A DNA stretch of 64,000 nucleotides from Pseudomonadota bacterium. GTDB lineage: Bacteria; Myxococcota; JACRCW01; JAFGSX01. The notes beneath the pieces are model-generated. The model was not told the origin of the DNA, searched no databases, and was given only the letters and a program-made list of their open reading frames with translations. Positions 39,420 through 49,726 of this stretch are shown here, piece by piece (position 1 is the stretch's first letter; the number at the start of each line of letters is the position of its first letter). The stretch is taken from NCBI GenBank assembly GCA_043821645.1, contig JBDRCO010000044.1, positions 1-64,000 on the forward strand, in the 5' to 3' direction. The position numbers and the translations under genes are program-made.

Positions 39420-40634
39420 TCAGGCCTGGGCGGGAACGGGCTCCACACCCGCACGCGTCACCTGGAGGATCTCGGTGCCCTCGACCGCAGCCTGGATGAG
39501 TGCCTCGAGTTCGAGTTTCTGCTCCTGGCCCTCGACGAACTTCAGGCGCGCCCGGGTCTCGGGATGTGGCGGGACGAACAGCGAGCAGCAGTCGGCAAAG
39601 GGCCGGATCGAGATGTCAAAGCTTCCGATGCGACGGGCGATCTGCATGGTGTCGAGCTTGTCGGTGCCGATGAGCGGCCTGAGCACGGGCAGGCTGGCCG
39701 CATCCTCGATCACCACCAGGTTCTCGAGGGTCTGGCTCGCCACCTGGCCCAGGCTCTCGCCGGTGACCAGCACCGGGATCTCGCGCTGCGTGGCGACGGC
39801 GCTGGCGATGCGCATCATCAGGCGCCGGTACAGCACCACCGTGAGCCTGGGGTTGCAGCGCTGGTGGATGGCCTTCTGTACCTCGGTGAAGGGCACCACC
39901 AGCAGCGAGAAGTCTCCCTGCATGCGCCACAGGCGCTGGCACAGGTCGAACACCTTCTCTTTGGATTGATCGGAGATGAAGGGGAAGCTGCGAAAGTACA
40001 GCGCATCAAGGGAGAGCCCGCGGTTGATCATCAGGTGACCGGCCACCGGCGAGTCGATGCCACCCGACAGCAGCAGCAGGCCCCGGCCCGCCGTTCCCGC
40101 CGGGAGTCCGGCGACACCGGCGATGCGCTGATCGAACACGAAGGCGTGGCGCTCGCTGAGTTCGACCTCGATGATCAATTTTGGGTCGTGCAGCTCGGCG
40201 TCGATGCCGGTCTGATCGACCACGTAGGTGCCGATGACCTTGCCCAGTTCCGACGAGTTCATGGCCACGCGCTTGTCCACCCGCTTGACCGTGACCCGCC
40301 AGGGCTGGCCGGTGTGGCGGGCGCGCAGCAAGCCGAGGGTGGTCTGCTGCATGGCCTCGATGCTGGGATCGCAGCGCCGCGCGGGACTCAGGGTGATGTA
40401 ACCGGGAACCAGCGCCAGGCGGCGGCACACCTGGTCGCATAGCTCGTCGTCGGGGCCTTCCCGGAACAGCACCAGCACGCGGTTGCGCAGCATGCGTACC
40501 TCGGTGGGGAGGTCCTGCAAGGCGGTGCGCACGCTGTGCACCAGCGCGCGCTCGAAGTGGCGGCGGTTGCCGCGCTTGAGAAAGAGCTCGCCGCAGCGGA
40601 GCAGCACGGCGTCGTACCCGGGGCTCTGGATCAT
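39420..40634 (-). CDS. thiI: tRNA 4-thiouridine synthase
   Basis: GELFLKRGNR, THUMP domain, LSGGIDSPVA, TGESLGQVASQTLEN, DCC. Confidence 0.93.
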   Translation of the reverse strand: MIQSPGYDAVLLRCGELFLKRGNRRHFERALVHSVRTALQDLPTEVRMLRNRVLVLFREGPDDELCDQVCRRLALVPGYITLSPARRCDPSIEAMQQTTLGLLRARHTGQPWRVTVKRVDKRVAMNSSELGKVIGTYVVDQTGIDAELHDPKLIIEVELSERHAFVFDQRIAGVAGLPAGTAGRGLLLLSGGIDSPVAGHLMINRGLSLDALYFRSFPFISDQSKEKVFDLCQRLWRMQGDFSLLVVPFTEVQKAIHQRCNPRLTVVLYRRLMMRIASAVATQREIPVLVTGESLGQVASQTLENLVVIEDAASLPVLRPLIGTDKLDTMQIARRIGSFDISIRPFADCCSLFVPPHPETRARLKFVEGQEQKLELEALIQAAVEGTEILQVTRAGVEPVPAQA

Positions 40635-41785
40635 GGGGCGAGGATCCTCAGCTCGGCCACCGCCTGGGCAAAGGCCCTGGCAGCGCGACCGATCTCGTCG
40701 TCGGTGGTGAAGCGGGACAGCGACAGCCGCAGGTGGCCCTGATCCGCGCGGCCCTGGCCGATGGCGCGCAGGGTCTTCGAGGGGCGACTGTCCCGGGCGT
40801 GGCAGGCCGAGCCCACGCTGCCCAGGACGCCGCGCGCCTCGAGCGCGTGCAGCAGGTGCTCGCTCTGCACCCCGTCGACGCTGAGGTGCACGTTGTTGCA
40901 CAGGCGCTGTGTGGGGTGGCCATTGAGACGGACCCCGGGTGTGTCGCCGAGCAGGCGCAGGATCAGGCGATCGCGAAGCGCGCGCATCTGCGGCACGCTG
41001 TCGCGTCGCGCGGCCAGGGCCAGCCGTGCGGCCTCGGTCAGGCCGGCAATGGCAGCGAGGTTCTCGGTGCCAGAGCGCAGCCCGCGCTGCTGTCCACCGC
41101 CGCCCCACAGCGGGATGAGCGGGACGCCGGCGCGCAGCACCAGGCAGCCGACGCCCTGCGGGCCGTGAATCTTGTGGCCGGACAGCGCGATGGAGTCCAC
41201 GCCCAGGCTGTCGAGGTCGACGCGCTCCTTGCCAAAGCTCTGCACGGCGTCGACGTGGAGGTGGGTCCGGGGGTTGCGTGCGCGCACCGCGCGGGCGATC
41301 TCGGCCACCGGCTGCACGCTTCCGATCTCGTTGGAGGCATGCAGCACCGCCACCGCGCACACCTCCTCGTCGACATGTGCGCCCACCCAGGCCGGGTCGA
41401 CCAGGCCACAGGCGTCGACGGGGATCTCGATCACGCGGTAGCCCTCGCGCTCGAGCAACTGCGCGGACTCCAGCACGGCCGGGTGCTCGATGGCGGAGAC
41501 CAGGACGGTGTGGCCATGCCTCGCCCGGGCGCCTCCGAGCACACCCAGGGCATTGGCCTCGGTGCCACCCGAGGTGAAGATCACGTCGTCAGCGCGGGCG
41601 TGGAGGGCGTCCGCCAGCAGCTCCCGGCTGCGCTGCAGGACACGCCAGGCCTCGACGCCGCGCCGGTGCAAGGACGAGGGATTGCCGTGCCGATCGCCCC
41701 AGAAGGGCTGCATGGCGGCAAGCACCTCGGGCAGGGGCCGGGTGGTGGCGGCATTGTCGAGGTAGATCTCGGATGGCGTGCTCAC
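40631..41785 (-). CDS. iscS: Cysteine desulfurase (IscS/NifS family)
   Basis: YLDNAATT, GNPSS, TSGGTE, DAVQ, SGHKIHGP, RSGTEN, GSAC. Confidence 0.92.
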   Translation of the reverse strand: MSTPSEIYLDNAATTRPLPEVLAAMQPFWGDRHGNPSSLHRRGVEAWRVLQRSRELLADALHARADDVIFTSGGTEANALGVLGGARARHGHTVLVSAIEHPAVLESAQLLEREGYRVIEIPVDACGLVDPAWVGAHVDEEVCAVAVLHASNEIGSVQPVAEIARAVRARNPRTHLHVDAVQSFGKERVDLDSLGVDSIALSGHKIHGPQGVGCLVLRAGVPLIPLWGGGGQQRGLRSGTENLAAIAGLTEAARLALAARRDSVPQMRALRDRLILRLLGDTPGVRLNGHPTQRLCNNVHLSVDGVQSEHLLHALEARGVLGSVGSACHARDSRPSKTLRAIGQGRADQGHLRLSLSRFTTDDEIGRAARAFAQAVAELRILAP

Positions 41786-41939
41786 GCGCGAGACCATAGC
41801 GATCGCGATCGAACCTGGCCAGGGGCAGTGCAGGTTCACCCGGCTGGCGAACCCTTTCATCGGCCCCCGGCTCACACCCGCTGTCACAACAAAAACCGCA
41901 CGGAGACTGCAGCGCAGCACCGTCACATTGGAGGACCCG

Positions 41940-42398
41940 ATGACCAGCACCACCTCGACCACCCCGGTCACCGACAAGAACTTCGAGCAGCTGATCCAGA
42001 AGGACGGCATCGTGCTCATCGACTTCTGGGCACCCTGGTGCGGTCCCTGCCGCTCCTTTGGCCCGGTGTTCGAGAAGGTCGCGAGCGAGAACCCGGACCT
42101 GGTCTTTGCCAAGTGCAACACCGAGGACGAGCAGGGCCTGGCAGGAGCCCTGGGCATTCGATCCATCCCCACGCTGATGGTGTTCCGCGACAACGTGCTG
42201 CTGTTCAACCAGCCCGGAATGTTGCCCGAGACCGCGCTGCGCGAGGTGGTGCAGAAGGTGCGCGACCTCGACATGGTCGAGGTGAAGCGCGAGATCGCCG
42301 AGCAGGAGAAGGCGCATGCCGACGGTCACGATCATGGCCACGATCACGCCCATGACGACGACGAGTTCCAGGCCACGGCGCCGGCCGCTCAGGCCTGA
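41940..42398 (+). CDS. trxA: Thioredoxin with His/Asp-rich tail
   Basis: DFWAPWCGPC, SIPTL; GGAGG RBS. Confidence 0.9.
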   Translation: MTSTTSTTPVTDKNFEQLIQKDGIVLIDFWAPWCGPCRSFGPVFEKVASENPDLVFAKCNTEDEQGLAGALGIRSIPTLMVFRDNVLLFNQPGMLPETALREVVQKVRDLDMVEVKREIAEQEKAHADGHDHGHDHAHDDDEFQATAPAAQA

Positions 42399-44656
42399 GG
42401 ATCCCGCTCGTTCTCGGCTCTTGGCCCGCGTCGCCCCAGCACGATCGCGCCCGCGGGCACCAGCAGCAGATCCGCCGCCAGGGCGACCACGGCCGTGAGC
42501 ACCACGGTGAGCCCCAGCATGGCGATGGCCTTGGACGTCGAGGCCAGCAACACGGCGAAGCCCAGCCCCACCACCAGGGAGCTGCGGATCATGGCAGGGC
42601 CACAGGCGGTCAGGGCGGCGCGCGCGGCGGTACCCCACGCGAGTTCCCGGTGCAAGGCTCGCACCCGCCGCAGCACGTGCAGGGTGTCGTCGACCGCGAG
42701 CCCGAGCGCCACGCTGAAGAAGAGCATGGACGAGGGCTTGAGGGTCACCCCCAGGGCTCCGTACAGCCCCAGCACCACCACCAGCGGTCCCAGGTTGGGC
42801 ACCATGGCCAGGGCCCCAAGGCGCAGCGAGCCCAGGGCCAGCACCATGAGCACGGCAATCCCCACCGCGGCCAGGGCGAAGCCCCACAGGGCCTGCCGCG
42901 TCAGCAGGTGGTAGGCCAGCAGCGTGAGGTAGGTCCGCCCCGCGAAGCCCACCGTGATGTCGGGGCGCAGGGCGAGCGCCCGTTCTCGCAAGGCGTCCAG
43001 CAGGGCCAGGGTGGCGTTGGCGCCAGGGTCGGCAAAGCGCAGTTCCAGGCGCAGATACAGTTTTCCGTCGTCACCCAGCGCGCGGTAGCGCTCGAGAACA
43101 CCCGGCGCCATCCCCTCGGCCACCAGCTCGAGCTGGGCCAGGCGCGCGTCGTCGGCATCCGCCTTGCCGTCGCCCCCGAGTAGCGCGTCGACCCAGGTCA
43201 GCACGCCCAGGGCGCTGTGGACTCCCAGGACGTCGTGGCCCGTCCTCGCCTCGCGGCTCAAGGCCTCGAGCAGAGTGGCGCTGTCGGTCCGCATCGCATC
43301 CTCGGTGGCGGGCACACCCAGCACCAGATCGATGCGGCTCTCGCCCAAAAACTGGTCGGAGAAGTAGCGGTTGTCGACGACCACCGGGTGGCGGTCGGCC
43401 AGCTCCTCGAGGATGCGCGAATCCACGCGCAGCAAGGGCGCCAGGGCCAGGGCCACCGCCATCAGCACGCTCGCGGCGACCAGGATGCGTTCGGGCTTGC
43501 GCTCGACGAGCTGCCGGCATCGCGCCACCAGCCACTCCATCGTGAGGTCTAGCGCTCCCGGGGAGACGATGGGCCGCGCCGCGCCCAGCAGCCAGGGCAG
43601 CCCCAGCATGGCCACGGCATACCCGGCGAGGATGCCCAGCGAGGTGGCGACGGCGAATTGCCGGATCACCGGGATCGAGGTCAGGGCGAAGGACGCGAAG
43701 CCCACGGCGGAGGTGACGCTGGTCCACAGGCAGGTTCGTACCCCCCGACGCATGGCCTGCGCCCGCGCGTCGTCTGCGGACAGGCCCTGCTCGCGCAGGC
43801 GAAGGTGATCGCTGACGACGTGGATCACGTCACATAGCACCACCACCAGCACCACCACCGGGCTGGCCAGGGTGAGCAGGGTCAGCGGCAGGCCCAGGGC
43901 GCCGAGCACTCCAAGCTGCACCACCACCGCGGCCAGACCGAGGCCCAGGGCCCCCGCGGTCAGGCGCTTCTGGCCAAAGCTCAGCCACAACAGCAGCGCC
44001 ATGATCAGCAAGGTGGCGACGAAGAACTGACCAGCCTCGCGCGCCAGGAAGCGCGTCGAGCGCGCCTCCATCGCTGGAATGCCCGCCAGGTGCAGCTGCC
44101 AGCCCGCTTGTTCGAGGGGCTGCAGCGCGGTCTCCACCTCCTCGACGATGCGCGAGGCCTGCGCCAGGTCGCGCACGGCCTCGGGCTGCAGCTCGAGGAT
44201 GGCGAGCAGGCCAAACCCGTCGCGGGACAGCCAGCGCAGCCCGGGCAAGACCTCGCGCTCGAGGCTCTGCCGCAGCGCCAGCACACCGGCTGCGTCGTCG
44301 GGAACCGTCGCCAGGGGCACCTGGCCGCCGAGGGTCTCGTCACCCGGGCTGGCCAGGGGCGTGGTGTAGGCCGAGTGCAGCGCGCGCAGCCAGGGCCGCG
44401 CCTGCAGTGAGCGCAGGCAGGCGCCCAGCTCCTTCAGGGCCGCCGGGCTCCAGGTCTGCGCGCCTTTGCTGGCAGCCAGGTACAGCTCGCGCCGGCCGTC
44501 CACATCGAACAGTGCGCGCAGCCGCTGCTCCTCGCGCACCGTGTCGTTGCCGGCGGGCAAGAAATCCTCGAACGAGAAGCGGGGTTGCACGCGCAGCGCG
44601 AAGCTGGCCAGGCCGACCAGGGCGAGCACGGCGAGGATGGTGAGGGGGCGGCGCAC
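42389..44656 (-). CDS. MMPL/RND family transporter
   Basis: Two repeats of large loop plus 5-6 TMs; GLAVDDTLH, TSVTSAVGF. Confidence 0.88.
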   Translation of the reverse strand: MRRPLTILAVLALVGLASFALRVQPRFSFEDFLPAGNDTVREEQRLRALFDVDGRRELYLAASKGAQTWSPAALKELGACLRSLQARPWLRALHSAYTTPLASPGDETLGGQVPLATVPDDAAGVLALRQSLEREVLPGLRWLSRDGFGLLAILELQPEAVRDLAQASRIVEEVETALQPLEQAGWQLHLAGIPAMEARSTRFLAREAGQFFVATLLIMALLLWLSFGQKRLTAGALGLGLAAVVVQLGVLGALGLPLTLLTLASPVVVLVVVLCDVIHVVSDHLRLREQGLSADDARAQAMRRGVRTCLWTSVTSAVGFASFALTSIPVIRQFAVATSLGILAGYAVAMLGLPWLLGAARPIVSPGALDLTMEWLVARCRQLVERKPERILVAASVLMAVALALAPLLRVDSRILEELADRHPVVVDNRYFSDQFLGESRIDLVLGVPATEDAMRTDSATLLEALSREARTGHDVLGVHSALGVLTWVDALLGGDGKADADDARLAQLELVAEGMAPGVLERYRALGDDGKLYLRLELRFADPGANATLALLDALRERALALRPDITVGFAGRTYLTLLAYHLLTRQALWGFALAAVGIAVLMVLALGSLRLGALAMVPNLGPLVVVLGLYGALGVTLKPSSMLFFSVALGLAVDDTLHVLRRVRALHRELAWGTAARAALTACGPAMIRSSLVVGLGFAVLLASTSKAIAMLGLTVVLTAVVALAADLLLVPAGAIVLGRRGPRAENERDPQA

Positions 44657-44739
44657 GCGATCACTCTAGCCCACGCGCACCGCCGTGACGACGGCATGCC
44701 GCACGCGCCACCCGCGGCCGCTGGCCGGATCTCGAAGGG

Positions 44740-46566
44740 CTACAGCCGCCAGCCCAGCTCGACCAGCCGCTGCGACACGTTGGCGGGCACGTAGATGAAG
44801 ATGCGGTCGCCGCGCGGGCAGTCGCAGCTGGCGCAGAAACTGGTGTCAAACAGGCCGCGCTCGATGCGGTAGGCGAGCACGGGGATGGAGGGCGCGAGCT
44901 GCGAGCGGTAGTACTCGCGAAGGACCTCACCCTCGTCGATGGGGCGGATCTCCTGCACGTTGTTGACGTCCCGGAACCAGCGCTCCCAGGGGCTGTTGCC
45001 GCACTGCAGGGGCTCGATGTTCAGCCACAGGTTGCCACAGGGATCTGGCGCTGGCGGCGCGCCGGGTGTCGGCTGCGGCGGTGGCGGATCGGCGGGGTCG
45101 GTGCCGGTGGTGTAGCAGGTGTTCTGCATGTCGCAGGCGAGCGACACGAGCAGGCCCTGGCGCTCGCACAGCTGGCAGGGCACCAGCTGATCCGTCGGTC
45201 CCTGCGAGGGGACGGCCTCCTCGTGGCACAGCAGATCGTCGCAGCTGGTGTGCACGACCACACCATTGGGATCCCGGCACACCTCGCAGATGATCCCGTC
45301 GGCACTCTGCTCCACCACGCATACCACGCTGGGCCGGCTGTTGGAGCAGGTCTCGCTGATCTCGCCCTGCTCGGTGCGGCACACCGTGCACACCACGCTG
45401 TCGCCGGTGCTGTCGCTGCGCGTCTCTTCCCAGCACTCCACCGGTGTCGGCGGTTCGGGGAAGCAGGTGGCGTCGAGCACATCGACCGTTCCATCGCGGT
45501 TGAGGTCACCGCAGATCTCGCACAGCACCCCGTCGAGGGTGGTGAAGAGCTCGCAGCTCGGCGCCTGCTCGCAGGAGCACAGGCCATTGACGCAGGCCGC
45601 GCCCTGGGCGCAGTCGCTGTCGTTCATGCAGGTCAGGCCCTGGCCGGCGCAGCCCGTGGTGTCGCAGGCGCGATGGGTGATGTTGCCCGCGGCGTCGTAG
45701 CAGATGGTGCACAGGCCGTCGCTGGTGCTGTAGGTGTGGCACTGCTCGGGCGGAGGGTCGCGCCAGCAGCTGCGGTTGACCACGCCGCCGTTCTGGTCGT
45801 AGCAGACCTGGCAGGTGGCGCCGTCGGAGGTCCGGTACTCGGAGCAGGCCACCGGTGCCGGACCCGAGCAACTGTGCTCCACCACCGCGTTGTTGGCGTC
45901 GTAGCAGGTGTAGCAGGTGCTGCCGTCGGCGGAGCTGAGGGCATTGCAGTAATCCGGGCCCGGCGGCAAGGGCTCGCAGGTCTCGGTGGTGCCGCCGTTG
46001 CCGTTGACACAGCGCTGGCAGCGCTGACCGTCACGCTGGTAGATCTCGCAGGGCAGGTCTTCTCCCGTGCAGTCCCGGCGCACCACATCGCCATTGTCGG
46101 CGTAGCAGATCTCGCAGGTCAGGCCATTGGCGTCGGTGTAGCTCTCGCAGCCCGCCAGCATGTTGGTGGGCAGCTCTTCGTGGCAGGAGTCGAACAGCAC
46201 GGTGCCCGTGGAGGTCTGGCAGATGCTGCAGGTCGCACCCAGATTGTTCTCGAGCACGCTGCACTCGGCGCGCTCGCCGACCCCGCACAGCTCGCTCAGC
46301 ACCCGGCCCTGCAGATCGGTGCAGATCTCGCAGGTCTGGCCACCCGCCTCGACTCGCACCTCGAGGCGCGCGCAGCCCTGGGGATTGGCGAGGCAGGGAC
46401 CACGGTCCTGACCCTGGGCGCGCAGGCACTCGCCCTGGGCCACGAACACCGTGGTCTGCTCTTCTCCGCCCAAGGTCCCCTGATCCACCGCCGCAGATTC
46501 CGCCGCCCACGGGCAGGCGGCTCCGGCGAGAAAAAGGGTCAGCAGGGCTGTGCTCAGGCGTCGCAT
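44740..46566 (-). CDS. Cys-rich repeat lipoprotein (11 four-Cys repeats)
   Basis: Signal peptide with AGAAC; repeated C-x9-16-CxxC-x10-15-C units. Confidence 0.8.
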   Translation of the reverse strand: MRRLSTALLTLFLAGAACPWAAESAAVDQGTLGGEEQTTVFVAQGECLRAQGQDRGPCLANPQGCARLEVRVEAGGQTCEICTDLQGRVLSELCGVGERAECSVLENNLGATCSICQTSTGTVLFDSCHEELPTNMLAGCESYTDANGLTCEICYADNGDVVRRDCTGEDLPCEIYQRDGQRCQRCVNGNGGTTETCEPLPPGPDYCNALSSADGSTCYTCYDANNAVVEHSCSGPAPVACSEYRTSDGATCQVCYDQNGGVVNRSCWRDPPPEQCHTYSTSDGLCTICYDAAGNITHRACDTTGCAGQGLTCMNDSDCAQGAACVNGLCSCEQAPSCELFTTLDGVLCEICGDLNRDGTVDVLDATCFPEPPTPVECWEETRSDSTGDSVVCTVCRTEQGEISETCSNSRPSVVCVVEQSADGIICEVCRDPNGVVVHTSCDDLLCHEEAVPSQGPTDQLVPCQLCERQGLLVSLACDMQNTCYTTGTDPADPPPPQPTPGAPPAPDPCGNLWLNIEPLQCGNSPWERWFRDVNNVQEIRPIDEGEVLREYYRSQLAPSIPVLAYRIERGLFDTSFCASCDCPRGDRIFIYVPANVSQRLVELGWRL

Positions 46567-46579
46567 GGTCCACATCTTA

Positions 46580-46595
46580 CGCAAGCGGCGTGCCG
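46580..46595 (-). promoter_or_regulatory. sigma54 -24/-12 promoter
   Basis: Minus strand reads CGGCACG-CCGC-TTGCG, just upstream of ATG 46566. Confidence 0.65.
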
Positions 46596-46853
46596 CGGGC
46601 GAGAGCTGCCACAAAGACCGCCATTTGTTGCTAAGTAGCTGTATCGACAGGACAAAAAGAGGTGCGAAGGGCGCGCAGCTTTGCCCACCCCGCCAGAGAA
46701 TCGCCGCAACTGATGCGTCCAGGCATCACTGCGACGCCGGATCCCTGAGGCGAGGTCGCAGCGATCGTGGCCATGGCGAGTGGTGCATAAGCGCCGTTCC
46801 GCGGGAGTTCCTGCAGCGTGTGGTACCTGGCTGGAGCGCACAGACGTGCCGGC

Positions 46854-48194
46854 TCAGCCGCCCCGGGTGTTGGAGATGTCGTACTTGTTGATGAGCTTGT
46901 GCAGGCTCATGCGGTCGATGCCGGCCTGGCGTGCGGCGGCGCTGACGTTGCCCTTGTGGGCATCGAGCAGGGCTTCGGTGTAGGTGCGCTCGAAGCTCTC
47001 GACGAGTTCGGCTTTCTGTTCCTTGAAGGGCTTGTCGAGATCCAGCGGCGGGGAGGTCACGGCCGCGCTGTCGATGCGGCGCAGCTGCTCGGGTGTGCTC
47101 ACCTCGCCCAGCACCACGCTGCGTTCGACCGCATTCTTGAGCTCGCGCACATTGCCCGGCCAGTCGTGCTCGAGAAAACGGTGCACCGCGCCCTCGGGCA
47201 GGTCGGCGCGGGTCTTGTGGAGGCCAGCCAGAAAGTGGTCGATGAGCAGTTCAAGGTCCTCGCGTCGCTCACGCAGGGGCGGCACGGTGAGGGTCACCAC
47301 GGCCAGGCGGTAGTACAGGTCCTCGCGAAAATCACCGCGCGCCACCATGCTGCGCAGGTCGCGGTTGGTGGCAGCGACGATGCGCACGTCGACGGGCAGG
47401 GTCTGGCCACCGCCCACGCGCTGGATCTCGCGGCGCTCCAGCGCCCGCAGCAGCTTGGGCTGCAAGCTCATGTCGAGCTCGCCCACCTCGTCGAGGAACA
47501 GGGTGCCGCCACTGGCGCGCTCGAAGGCGCCAATCCGCTTGCTCACGGCGCCGGTGAAGGCGCCCCGCTCGTGGCCAAACAGCTCGCTCTCGATGAGCGA
47601 GGGCGCGATGGCGCCGCAGTCCACGACGACGAAGGGGCCCCGCGCGCGGGTGCTGGCCTCGTACAGGGCGCAGGCGATGACTTCCTTGCCGGTGCCGGTC
47701 TCGCCGGTGACCAGCACCGTGGCGTCGGTCCGCGCGACCTTCTCGACGCGGGCAAAGATCTCGCGCATCAGCGGCGAGCGGCCCACGGCGCTGCCCAGGT
47801 TCTCCTGTGGTGACAGCGGCGACTGCACGGTCTCGCTGGCGGCCTTGAAGTGCAGGGTCACCTCGCCGGCGAGGATCTCGACCTCGCGGTCGAGGTAGGC
47901 CTCGAGCACGCGCACGCCGTTGAGGCGGGTGCCGTTGGTGGAGCCCAGGTCGCGCAGGACAAAACCACGCTCGCTGACCACGATCTCGAAGTGGGCGCTG
48001 GAGACCGTGGGATCGCTGAGCACGAGGTCATTGCCCGGACCGGCGCCGACGCGCACGCGCTCGGTGTCGAACACGCGCTTGAGCCCCTCGGCTGCGCCGC
48101 TCTTGACCGTGATGACGAAGGTCTGACGCTCGATCTTCTGGCCGTGGGCACCAGGGACCAGGCGCGTCGGACGGTTGAACAGGGCCTCACCCAT
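46854..48194 (-). CDS. FHA-domain sigma54 enhancer-binding protein
   Basis: FHA (VSSAH, DLGSTNG), [27 protein letters not shown], Fis-type HTH. Confidence 0.93.
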   Translation of the reverse strand: MGEALFNRPTRLVPGAHGQKIERQTFVITVKSGAAEGLKRVFDTERVRVGAGPGNDLVLSDPTVSSAHFEIVVSERGFVLRDLGSTNGTRLNGVRVLEAYLDREVEILAGEVTLHFKAASETVQSPLSPQENLGSAVGRSPLMREIFARVEKVARTDATVLVTGETGTGKEVIACALYEASTRARGPFVVVDCGAIAPSLIESELFGHERGAFTGAVSKRIGAFERASGGTLFLDEVGELDMSLQPKLLRALERREIQRVGGGQTLPVDVRIVAATNRDLRSMVARGDFREDLYYRLAVVTLTVPPLRERREDLELLIDHFLAGLHKTRADLPEGAVHRFLEHDWPGNVRELKNAVERSVVLGEVSTPEQLRRIDSAAVTSPPLDLDKPFKEQKAELVESFERTYTEALLDAHKGNVSAAARQAGIDRMSLHKLINKYDISNTRGG

Positions 48195-48307
48195 GCGTTC
48201 CTCGTCGGCAACCGGCGAGCCGGTGCGCGTATTGTGACCACGCAGCTCCCGCTCGTGCAACCGTTGCGGTCTTCTGTCGGGGACGGCCGCGCATGCTCCG
48301 CAGCGAC

Positions 48308-49054
48308 TCAGCGTCGCGCCACCACCACCAGTCGCTCGGCCTCGTGATCGTAGGGCGTGCCGTGCAGGCTGCCAAAGCTCTGCACCTGGTCGAAACCCAC
48401 GTCGCGCAGAAGGCCTTCGAGCTCGCTGGCAGCGTACAAGCGGTGTTCGACCACCACCTGCACGGTCTGGCCCTGGCGCAGCAAGGTCCACTGGTTGCGG
48501 ATCCAGCCAAAGCTGTGCTGCAGCTCCCTGTCCTCGATGATCAGCGTGCCGTCGGCCAGGCGATCCCAGTCGCGCTGCCTGAACTTGCGGGCCAGGATCT
48601 CCTTGCCCAGCAGGTCCATGACCAGCACGCCACCAGGCTTGAGGCTCTGCCGCAGCTTGTCGAGCACCTGCCTGTCCTGAGCCGGGTCCTCGAAGTAGCC
48701 AAAGGCGGTGAACAGGTTGACCGCGAGATCAAAGGCACGCGGTCTCACGAAGTGCCGCATGTCGTCCTGCACCCACTCCACCTGCAGCCCCGCGTCGCTC
48801 GCGCGCGCGCCCGCGCGTTCGAGGTAGGCCGCGGTCCTGTCGACGCCGGTGACGGTGAAGCCGCGGCGCGCCAGCTCCACAGCGTGGCGGCCCGGGCCGC
48901 AGCACAGGTCGAGCACACTACCGGGCGGACGGACCTGGACCAGGCCGAGCAGCGCCTCGATCTCTGCCGGTGCCGCGGCAAAGCGGTCCTCGTCGAACAT
49001 CACGGGATCGAAGTCGCGCCAGAACGCGTCGTCGTCATGCCAGGGGACGGTCAT
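48308..49054 (-). CDS. Class I SAM-dependent methyltransferase
   Basis: VLDLCCGPGRH, DMR, NLFTAFGYF, LKPGG. Confidence 0.88.
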   Translation of the reverse strand: MTVPWHDDDAFWRDFDPVMFDEDRFAAAPAEIEALLGLVQVRPPGSVLDLCCGPGRHAVELARRGFTVTGVDRTAAYLERAGARASDAGLQVEWVQDDMRHFVRPRAFDLAVNLFTAFGYFEDPAQDRQVLDKLRQSLKPGGVLVMDLLGKEILARKFRQRDWDRLADGTLIIEDRELQHSFGWIRNQWTLLRQGQTVQVVVEHRLYAASELEGLLRDVGFDQVQSFGSLHGTPYDHEAERLVVVARR

Positions 49055-49629
49055 CGCGGTCTCCCCGGGGTGGGCTCCCCGGTGGCGGTCCCAAAACCTC
49101 GCAGGCAACTGCCCAGCGCGGGCAGGTCGTCCAGCAGCTCGCGCAGACCGGGCTCGCGAGCGCGCTCCAGGATCGCGTGGGTGGCCTCGTGCACGCGATG
49201 CTCTTCGCGCTGTTTCTCGTCGTCACTGCTCTCGAAACGCGCCAGACGCCGGGCAAAGCGCACCACGTGCACCAGCTCGTGTACCAGCAGGAACAGCAGC
49301 AGTGCCCCGGCGCGGGCTCCCTGGTCGACGGCGGCCAGGATGTGCGGGTCCCACAGGCACACCCGGTAGTGGATGCGCCGCCTGTCCCGCGCCGAGCGTT
49401 CCTCGCGGGTGAGGTCGCAGCGCTGCACCTCCGCGAGCTGGGTGGGCGAGGGCGGGGGCGCGATGTCCAGACCCTGCAGTTCGACGGCGGTGACGACGTC
49501 GTAGGGTGCCTGTCGCAGGTCAAAGGCGCTGAGCCTGAAGTGATCGCCGCACAGGTCCTCAGCCAGTCGCAACGTGCGCTGCACCTCGGCCCGCATGGCG
49601 TCGTCGAACAGGCGCATGATCTGCCCCAC
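49051..49629 (-). CDS. Hypothetical protein with HExxH motif
   Basis: LVHELVHVVRF plus downstream EE; stop overlaps the methyltransferase start. Confidence 0.65.
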   Translation of the reverse strand: MGQIMRLFDDAMRAEVQRTLRLAEDLCGDHFRLSAFDLRQAPYDVVTAVELQGLDIAPPPSPTQLAEVQRCDLTREERSARDRRRIHYRVCLWDPHILAAVDQGARAGALLLFLLVHELVHVVRFARRLARFESSDDEKQREEHRVHEATHAILERAREPGLRELLDDLPALGSCLRGFGTATGEPTPGRPR

Positions 49630-49726
49630 CTCGTCGAGGTTCCAGGCTAGCGAGTTCGCTGTGGCAGGGCAACGCGCGAGCCGGAACCGGGGGCTCGTCG
49701 GGATACGGACGCTCCCCGAGGTGCAC

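Noticed and set aside
44740-46566. Multiheme cytochrome
   Set aside because: The CxxC motifs are never followed by His
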